Source: the human T2T-CHM13v2.0 reference genome, Homo sapiens. From it: DNA of 64,000 nucleotides. Shown one piece after another: positions 52,694 through 64,000 of this stretch. The stretch is taken from the NCBI RefSeq assembly GCF_009914755.1, contig NC_060935.1, one strand, 5' to 3'. The notes beneath the pieces were generated by a model that saw nothing but the letters and a program-made list of their open reading frames with translations, had not been told where the DNA came from and searched no databases. Each line of letters starts with the position of its first letter. Within the stretch, counting starts at the first letter, position 1. The position numbers were made by a program, and so were the translations under genes.

Positions 52694-53829
52694 CTGAAAA
52701 TGCAGAACAGAAGAATCCTAAACCTGAAAAAGGGACTACTAGAGAATAATCATGCAATAACCTTGAGGATACAGTGTGAATATCTGGGTCAAAACCACAG
52801 AAAGAAAATGGAGACGGATAAGCAAGGACTCTAATGATGGTAAAGATTGTTACTCAACAAGGAAAGCTATTTGGTTCTAAGACTCAGTGTATCATAACTT
52901 TACCCCACACAAGTTACAAGTCATTAAACTTAGTGTTGCCAGGCAGGACATTTGTAGGACAGATACAAGCTTTTTTGGGTAGTCAGACTGGGAACCAAGT
53001 AGAGGCCAGGATAATTTGGAGGAAAATTCAAGATTTTAGATCTTCTGACACCTCCCTTCCATTAGAATTGAACACCAGTTTCATTAAATGAAGAAGCTGG
53101 ATTAAGTGACTTCCTGTTTTGTGAAGGCATCACACCGGTTAAGATTTTGCTAATGCAATGAAAAATTATTTCCAATGTACTATTTATTACAGGGGACAAG
53201 GAATATTTACTGAGCAGACACTATTCATCAGGCAATTTTAGCCATTCTGTTTTTAATGAGGGAAATAGTAACATCTCCATTATATAGAAGGGACTGAAGC
53301 TCACAAAGGTTTTGATATTTCCCAGGTCACACAGCTAATAAGAAGTAGAGAGAGGAGGATTGGGAGGGCAGGCCTCTCTGACCTCAAATCCATCCACAGT
53401 CTTCTTTTCAGTACACTAGCATTGCCCTGCCAGGGCTGAGACAAGATATGCCAAAGGAAGCAATACAGTCACCTATGAACAGAGGCCCTATCTCAGAGGA
53501 GCTCCTTTGCTCCAGACAACCCAGTGTTACTCTGTCTGTCTAGAAACAAAAGAACCCCTTTTTGCCGCCATCAAGGGATATAAAAGCATTCCACTTTCTC
53601 AAAATTTGTTGAAATGGAGTTGGTGACATCTGGTATTAATTATATAAGCAAATCTAAATGGTAGACACATTGGGTATCGCTTTTTAAAAATCTTTCTCAC
53701 AGATACATACATACCATACCACCCACCGTTAAACACAGAAGCACATTAATCCTTCCCCAAAAAACAAAAGAGTAGAAATAGAAATACAAGATGGAAAACA
53801 TCATATTCAGGAAGTAGTTCTACTCCTGA

Positions 53830-54468
<639 letters not shown>

Positions 54469-54553
54469 AGATCTTTATTTTAATTAACTGCCTTAATTTT
54501 CATTTTCATCTTGGAAAAGTTGAAATAGCTTTTTCTAGCAATTGCACAAAGTA

Positions 54554-55071
54554 CAGTAAGTCCCTCACTTAACATTGTATAGGTTCTAGGAAACTGCAAC
54601 TTTTAGAGAAATGATGGGCTAGGCGTGTTGGCTGCTGCCTGTAATCCCAGCACTTTGGGAGGCCAAGGCAAGTGGATTCCTTGAGCCTAGGAGTTTGAGG
54701 CCAGCCTGGGCAACATGGTGAAACCCCATCTCCACAAAAAAATACACAAATTAGCCAGATGTGGTGGCATTTGCCTGTAATCCCAACTACTTGGGAGGCT
54801 GAACAGGAGATCACCTGAGCCCAGGGAGATCAAGGCTGCAGTGAGCCATGATCTCACCATTGCACTCCAGCCTGGGCAACAGAGTGAGACCATCTCAAAA
54901 AAAAAAAAAAAAGACAGAAACGATGTATAGGAAAACCAATTTTTTTCTTATCAAGGTTATAACAAAACCATGTTAAACACAAAAAAGTTATTTGAGGACC
55001 CGCTGTGTATCATTTAGCTTAAAGTCAAAGTTTCTAAGAACCTATCAATGATGTTAAATGAGGATTTACTG
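54554..55071. mobile_element. MER6-like TcMar-Tigger fossil split by an Alu (~54616-54912, +)
   Basis: TA-CAGTAAGTCCCTCACTTAAC...GTTAAATGAGGATTTACTG-TA inverted termini with TA TSD. Confidence 0.75.
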
Positions 55072-56084
55072 TAGTCTTAAACTATCTTTGACTTTTCATT
55101 GAGAAGTAGTTAAAACTAGAAGCAGAAACTACTTATCCCTGAGCAGTAATCCTATGGTTCATACCAGGAATCTGCATCTGGCACAGAAATAGGGCTTCCA
55201 TTAACAAAAATGTCTGAATATCAATTATGGGTAGTTTTTTCTCAAAATATTTTATCTGGATCAGACAGAGCAAGACCCAGGCTAAAAGAGGGCAGTGAGG
55301 AAAAGGAGAATGATGGTCAGGAACATCCTAATGGTGGTTGGCTTAAAGAGATCAACCAAGGACTTCTCTGTGAATTTCCATCTTAGTCTTTGTTCACATG
55401 TCACAGAAAGATTAAGAGATGATATAACAGTGGTTTTATCAGCAAGGGCTGTTACTGGGGCTTTGTAAATATTAATCTCTCCCTGTGGCCTGAACAGGTT
55501 CAGGTGCCAGATTTGTTTTCTTATGACTCAGTAGTCTGTATAGAAGAGTTCTATTCATAGATGAGCTAATTCCCCCAAAGGCCACTGGAGGAGCACTGTT
55601 TTAAGAATACAAATCCCTCAAGGAACTTTATGGATTTAACAAGCTGTAATATTTCTTCATTATATCTTACAAAATATGCAACAGGAACTACATTTGGTTT
55701 AAGATCTGTCAAAACATATTTATCAATTTGATAAGAACTATTAGGAAAAAAAAGTAATACCTAAGATGACATTCAGATTTTCTTTTGTTTTTCTTCCCTC
55801 CACACTCCCTCCATCTTGCCCACCAGATATAAGATATAAGGCACTGACAATTTCAGGGACAGAATGAAACTATTAAATCCCATTTCAATTCTCATTTTGT
55901 TCAGCTACTTTGACACTCAGGATTTCCTAAACCCAAGGAAAATCTTTGAACTTTTTTCTTGCTTCCTGCAAATCTATTCTAAAACTAGATTCACATTTCA
56001 GAATTTAGAGTGCAGGTTATCAATGAACTCTTCTAAAACACTGGAAAAGTGAGGACACTCCACATCTTGATCCTAAGTACATAC

Positions 56085-56280
56085 CTTATAACCAAGTGCT
56101 TTTAATTCACTTGCAGAGCAAGGATATAAATCCATGAACTTGTATCTATCTACTAGTAAAGCCGTTTCTTTCCCTTCATACTCTTCTTTGAATGCTGTAA
56201 ACCGTCTTTTCTCCACTTTGAGTATACTAGCTAGATCACCAATATTACTTTCAAATGCTAGAAATCGGGCCCAGATTTCT
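56085..56280 (-). CDS. CSTF3: CSTF3 exon: [15 protein letters not shown]...ELKALGYK
   Basis: CTTGCAG|A acceptor, AAG|GTATGT donor; 196 nt; HAT-repeat region. Confidence 0.97.
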
Positions 56281-57264
56281 CTGCAAGAAAAGAAATACAA
56301 TCAATACTTTAATTATTCTGGGTTTAGGGCAGGGAGTTCATTTACAAAAACGCCTTAAGCTCTCTCTTTTTCCCTTAACTTATAAAAAGTGACTTTTTAT
56401 TATAAAGATTTTTAGACTATAGAAAAATAGAATAGTATAATGAATACCTATATACCACTACCTATATTGCTAATATTTTGCCATATTTGCTTCATCTTAT
56501 TTTTGCTTAAGTATTTCAAAGTAAATTATAAACCTATCACTTCAGTATTTAAGCCCATTTTTGAGTTTTTACTTATTTAGTATAGCTGCTGCTTCTTTGT
56601 GGTCAACATGAGACTTACCTTAGAGAGGATAAACTCTAGGTGGAGAAGTTGGAAAAGGAACCTAGACAGATTTCTAATTTCTCCTGAATAATGTGGCTTC
56701 ATTTTAAGTGGCAGGAATTATAATGTAGAATACATTCTTCATCTAATATATGAATAGAAATATACTCCAAAATCTAATATGATTACGCTATTGTTTCCCA
56801 TTAACGTGGATCACTGGGGAAAAACTGGTGCCTCATCGTTGTTCTAACAGCTAAAATTAATGCTCTGAGACTACTTAAATGTCATTATGCACCTTTGTAC
56901 TAAAGTAATCTATTAAGTGCCTCTTATATACCAGATATGTGGCTATCACAAAAAATCCTACACTGGTGGACATTATTGTTAATAAGAAAGTGAAGATTGG
57001 TATAGCTATGAAATTTGCCATCTAGCTGGATATTGAACCCAAGACTCCAAAGCCTTACTATAATATTTCCGCTGTACCACTTGACAGTGTTGTTCCTCTG
57101 TATGGTAAAACTAACAAGAGACAAAACCGTAAGTCAGAGACATAATATGTAAAACAAACTTCGAATTTACAAGAGTCTTTGCTTTTGAGTAAGGGAGGTG
57201 AAAATTTCAGAATGCCTCTCTTAACATGTTAATATCAATTTCTAGGGAGAGAGAGAGAGGTATC

Positions 57265-57565
57265 TTTTTTGTTGTTGTTGAGACAGAGTCTCACTCTGTC
57301 ACCCAGGCTGGAGTGCAGAGGTGTGATCACAGCTCACTGGAGCCTCAACCTCCTGGGCTCAAGCAGTCCTCCAGCTCCCACCTCCGCCTCCCAGTATCTG
57401 GGACTACAGGCATGCACCACCACACCCAGCTAATTTTTAACATTTTTTGTATAGATTGGGTCTCACTATGTTGCCCAGGCTGGTCTCAAACTCCTGGGCT
57501 AAAGTCATCTTTCCACCTTGGCCTCCCAAAATGCTGGGATTACAGACATGAGCCACAATTTCTGG
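57265..57565 (-). mobile_element. Alu (AluJ-like)
   Basis: Diverged reverse dimer. Confidence 0.85.
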
Positions 57566-57823
57566 TTAGGGATATATAGTATACAAGAAAGATGATAATA
57601 AATTGCTATGGCATCTCTTAAAAACAATTCTAATCACTGTGCAGAAATTTAAAAATAATCTTAAACAGGTATAAAAGTACTGCTGATAGGTAAAATAAAA
57701 CTTGAGAAGGAAAGGAAATTTCTCTTGAAACTCATACTCAAGCAAACATTCACCCCATAGACCACAATTCAGGTAAGAAAGCTGTCTTTAGAACCTGATC
57801 AACAACTTTTCACAATGGCTTAC

Positions 57824-57893
57824 CCAGACTTCTCAGGAGGAAGGCTTCCAGATGTTAAAACTCGTTCAAACAAAACTCGGGTATTATTGTCCT
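57824..57893 (-). CDS. CSTF3: CSTF3 exon: [22 protein letters not shown]
   Basis: CCTAG|AG acceptor, GG|GTAAGC donor; 70 nt. Confidence 0.96.
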
Positions 57894-59034
57894 CTAGGAT
57901 ATTGAAAAAGATTTTAATTTTTTTTAATTCACTTTTACGATGCAACAATATTTTCATATGCATTATCTCACTTCATCCTTACAAAAATCCTATGCAGAAA
58001 GGTTTAACTATTATCACACTTGATTTTTATAGATGAGGAAACTTGAGCTTCAGAAAGATTAAGAGATTTGATCTGGCTCTTGGTGATTGAGTAGCAGAGC
58101 AGTAACTGCAAGCCATGTTTTTTTCCCTTCTAGTTCAGCCCTCCTCTACTATACTGCAGTTCTAATGCAAAACCATTTATAACAGTGCCGTCTGAACCAG
58201 GTATCCCATTTGCCTTTTAAAAATAATGACAAGTACATATCTGCTGACATTAGTCAGACTACTGCTATTTTTTAAATACATTGAACATGGAAGGATGGCA
58301 AACTCAAACTTAGAAATAATTGAGTTTCTTATTTTGAGGCACCAGGACTATGCTATATTTAGCTACTTTAACTCTTGCAGAGGTACAATATCTAGGTTGG
58401 CAGGTAACTATGGAAATGTAAATGAATTAAGAATTGTTGACAGAGGTGTATTAAATTTTAAGAGTCTCAGGAGGTCCTCTATATCTGGAAGTGGGAAAAT
58501 GACACTTCTTGCTAAACTCTAAGTTATCTTTTAAAACTTAAGAATCTAACAGTAACAACAACCATTGAATCTACTACTAACAACCACTGAACTGTACACC
58601 TAATGGATGGACTTATAGTATACAAATTATACTTCAATAAAGCTGTTCAAAAGAAAAATTAACCCAGCAGAGGAGTTGTTTTTTATTGCCTGAGAGTAGT
58701 TATTCAGTTTATTACATGTCCATAAGCAAAATAAAACCAAGAAATTAAATATATTAGACCAAAGAAGATGGCGCTATTTTTTTGGCTTCTCTCTTCAATT
58801 TAACATATTATACTTTAAAAAATGTTAAACAAATCTTACATTTTATCTTTTTCTGTTTTATCCCAAGCTTTGCTCCAGACACACTTTTTACCATTCCACA
58901 GAACTTTCACACTGCCTGCCTATGTGTTGTGCTCTCTGCCTGGAATAATGCATTTATCTTTCTTTACCTGGCTAACTACCACTCATCTCTCAAAATCCAA
59001 CTCATGTGCCCTTCTCTATGACACCCTCTAGAAC

Positions 59035-59625
<591 letters not shown>

Positions 59626-60381
59626 GCTCTATAACTTAAATTATACTCTCTTCTCTGTGCTTCCATAGTACTTCCTTCAGGAATCTATTACAGTATTTAG
59701 CACATTTTTAATGATCACCACCCTCATCATAACATTTATGGAATAATCACAACATTCTATATATAAGTGAAACACATGCAAAAACTCATTTACCCTCTCA
59801 ACAGTCCTATGAAAGGTATTCTTATTATGACCATTATGCAGATGAGAAAACTGAAGTTTAAGATTATACACCTAACCTCAGAACTATGCTACAGTGAAAC
59901 ATCAAATGATGATGCAATTATATTTACACATTGGATTCCCCCACAAAAACGTTTTTCTGGATCCTATTCATCTTTGTATTCCCAGACTCTAGTAACCAGA
60001 AGGTAATGAATAAATGTTTCATGGATGGATAGATGGATAGATGAATGAAAGAATCATCTAAGACACTGATTTTGGAAGACAATAGTGCTAACACCAGATA
60101 TCCTCCTTTTAAAAAAATAAAAATACATATACTAGTAACTATTTTAAAAAAAAATTAGGCAAAACAATTTAAGATTTATGAGGAATATTAAATGCCCCAC
60201 TATCTCATTTTTTGGAGTTAAGTCTTTTTCCCAGAATGTAGAATCATTAAGCTGAAATACAAAATCATATTTAAGTTTTACTCTTTTATATTATTTAGGT
60301 AAATGGAATGCTCTATTTTTCTGAAATATTAAAATTACTGATTTATACCTATGATATCTAATTCTATAATCATTTACATGA

Positions 60382-60910
<529 letters not shown>

Positions 60911-61089
60911 AAAAAACCAACTTTTATACTACATCTTTTTTTGTTAAGAAATTACATATTGTGGACTGTTGTTAACTAGACTAAATGATATACGTATATG
61001 AATTATCTAGCACAGTGCCTGGTAGGAACTCAATAAAGGATGGCCAGTGTTATTCGTACAACAGAATAGGGAAATAAATACTAAAAACC

Positions 61090-61398
61090 GGCCGGGCGCG
61101 GTGGCTCACGCCTGTAATCCCAGCACTTTGGGAGGCCGAGGCGGGCGGATCACGAGGTCAGGAGATCGAGACCATCCTGGCTAACACGGTGAAACCCTGT
61201 CTCTACTAAAAATACAAAAAATTAGCCGGGCGAGGTGGCGGGCGCCTGTAGTCCCAGCTACTCCGGAGGCTGAGGCAGGAGAATGGCGTGAACCCCAGGG
61301 GGCGGAGCCTGCAGTGAGCCGAGATTGCGCCACTGCACTCCAGCCTGGGCGACAGCGAGACTCCGTCTCAAAAAAAATAAATAAATAAATAAATAAAT
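61090..61398 (+). mobile_element. Young AluY (Ye-like) with (TAAA)n tail
   Basis: Most CpGs intact; 18-bp perfect TSD AAATAAATACTAAAAACC (61072-61089, 61399-61416). Confidence 0.9.
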
Positions 61399-61856
61399 AA
61401 ATAAATACTAAAAACCAAAATGTTTCTTTTTGAATCTTTTCCCCAGTATCCTCAAAGTGTTTTACTTTACTATTTGGGCATCTTTTGAGTTTGAGTTTTG
61501 GTGGCTAGAGGGTTTTTTGTTTGTTTGTTTTCCTTCCAGGAAACAGGAGATGATCTGCCCAGAGTCATCAGAGATGAATATAAACAACTCTGTGTCTCCT
61601 GACTCTGACTCTGAAGCTTTATCCCACTACTGATGGTACTTTACTGAATAAAGACAGTTCTGCAGAGTCAAAAAACATCTACCATTGCTCAGTAAATATA
61701 TTCATGGTTGATATACCACAAGTATTTCTTGAGTGCCTAACAAGTGCCTGTCTGCTATGTCAAAATTATAATACATTCAAGAAGGAAGAAATCTAGCAAC
61801 ATAATTCCACATGGTTTAATATTAAGTAATCATTATAGATTCTAGAATCAACCTAC

Positions 61857-61959
61857 CATTGAGGTGAGAAAGATAGTCAATATAGGCCAGGACATACTCT
61901 GGAATGTCTCCATATTTTTTTAGCCCCAGCTCAAAAATCTTAAAGGCAACAGATTTGTC
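61857..61959 (-). CDS. CSTF3: CSTF3 exon: [18 protein letters not shown]...YLSHLN
   Basis: TTGTAG|GAC acceptor, G|GTAGGT donor; 103 nt. Confidence 0.97.
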
Positions 61960-62385
61960 CTACAAGTAAAGAAAGTAAAGTACAGATTTCCATGAAATGT
62001 CAGATAAAAAACACTTGAAAGAATATTAAAATTATACCTACATATGACAAAATATGTAAGAATTAAAACAAATTAAAATCATGTTAAGTAAAAATTGCTG
62101 AGCTAGAAACTATTCAAAGGAGTTTAGTGATTAGAAATCACTAAATAGTGATTAATATAGTGATTAATAAAGCACAAATTAGAAATATAGTGATTAATGA
62201 AGCATAAATTAGCAAGTAGTTGGGGATTTGGATGATGCTCCATAAAATTTTACACAGATACACTTAGACTGCCTTTACGAAATGGAGCAATAAAAGCTTA
62301 ATGACAGAAGCTAAAATCACCTTTCTTTTACGAACCTCAGATGAAGGAAGTTGTTTTATCTTTACACTTGTATTTCAGTATTTAC

Positions 62386-62529
62386 CTTACTACAGTAATA
62401 TTCCATGAGTGCTGCAGTAACATAGACATGGTGGCGGGTTCTGGTATCTTCTCTTGCTTTTTTAAATATCATTCTTCCAGATTTGATGCCTTCTGCTCTC
62501 CGTGCAAATTTCATATATTGGATATATAC
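62386..62529 (-). CDS. CSTF3: CSTF3 exon: [14 protein letters not shown]...ALMEYYCSK (gene continues beyond the window)
   Basis: TTCATAG|GTA acceptor, AAG|GTAAAT donor; 144 nt; HAT repeats. Confidence 0.97.
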
Positions 62530-62724
62530 CTATGAAAAGAAAGTATTTGTGTTCTATAAATTAGACAGTATGTTTCCTGCATAAGAAAGCAATCCTCAAT
62601 ACCCAATAAATTAGAAAGTAGGAATTTAGATAATATTCTATTTAAATCCACAAACTAATTTTTTTCTGGTATTAGAGATGCATGCAAATTAATTTATTTT
62701 TTTATTGAGACATAATTCACATAG

Positions 62725-63216
<492 letters not shown>

Positions 63217-64000
63217 TGCAATACATGTTTAACTTCACATTTTCTTGGTTTCTTTTTAAAAGCCCACTACTCTATTTTCCAAACAACATATAATAGAACT
63301 TCATGGATAAACTATGAGCCATTTTATACCTAGCACCTACAGAGTGTCCAGTACATCATGAGTATGCAGTTTTGTTTAGTGAACAAATGACTAATTAGTA
63401 GGGTCCTGGTTTGCCCAGTATTGATAATGTCTAGCTATATTACCCAGTTTTGATGGATGGATGGATGGACTATGAGTTCCTCAAGAAAAGGAATTTCATC
63501 TAGTTTGTCATTAATGTTGCTGGAGTCTAGCACAATGCATAGACTCTAGCAATATATTTGCCAGATATGTTTGTGGAATGAATTATAAGATGATGAATAA
63601 ATGTAGGAATTATAGCAGTGGAATCCCAATATAAATCATTAACAAGAAAAAGTAGTGTAGCTATAATTGACTTGAGGCAGAGGTTCTAGAGACACACCCA
63701 CAAGCCTGTCCCCTTCCTCTCCCAATGGGAGAGCATCACTGCACTTTTGCACTTGGGGCTTTGAAAACCACTATGATAGAGCAGGATTTAGCATAAAGTG
63801 AGTTTCAGTCTAATTTCTTCCCAGGATGTCGGTTTCTCCCGCCTCATTTAAAAAGAAATATCTATTAAGCAACAATTCTGTGGCATAAAGTGACTTCAAA
63901 CCATGATCACAAAGAAAGTGTTAGAGAAAGTGCCTCTGTATCTATTTTATACTGCTGCATTAAAAAGAAAAAATTCTAGCAGAAAACAGATCAGTAATTG

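Overview
Primate, almost certainly human, Alu-dense genomic DNA that I recognise as the 11p13 TCP11L1-CSTF3 interval. On the + strand is the complete TCP11L1 gene: a CpG-island promoter at ~4.7-5.9 kb, a non-coding exon 1, and 9 coding exons at 9346-38229. All splice sites are GT-AG and all phases are consistent, giving 1530 nt = 509 aa + stop. On the - strand, converging on it, are the last 8 coding exons of CSTF3 (CstF-77; 62529-50629, 341 aa + stop) with poly(A) signals at ~50.05-50.15 kb. Between the genes lie a processed PIGC pseudogene (PIGCP1) with a 14-bp target-site duplication and a probable + strand lncRNA or extended 3' UTR (LINC00294 region). The window also holds ~55 Alus, two ERVK solo LTRs, other LTRs, L1 fragments and DNA-transposon fossils. 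Most notable observations: (1) after excising PIGCP1 and two Alus, the unique DNA at 39.4-43.5 kb reassembles into one ~490-codon minus-strand frame whose stops are mostly TGA (15 of 19), suggesting a dead protein-coding gene under the lncRNA; (2) a ~100-bp-periodic TTTCCGTACG+YY1 motif array in the TCP11L1 promoter; (3) repeated retro-insertion into identical target sites (three Alus at one site; an Alu plus PIGCP1 inside one TSD). Repeat subfamily names and locus names are from memory and need RepeatMasker/BLAT confirmation.
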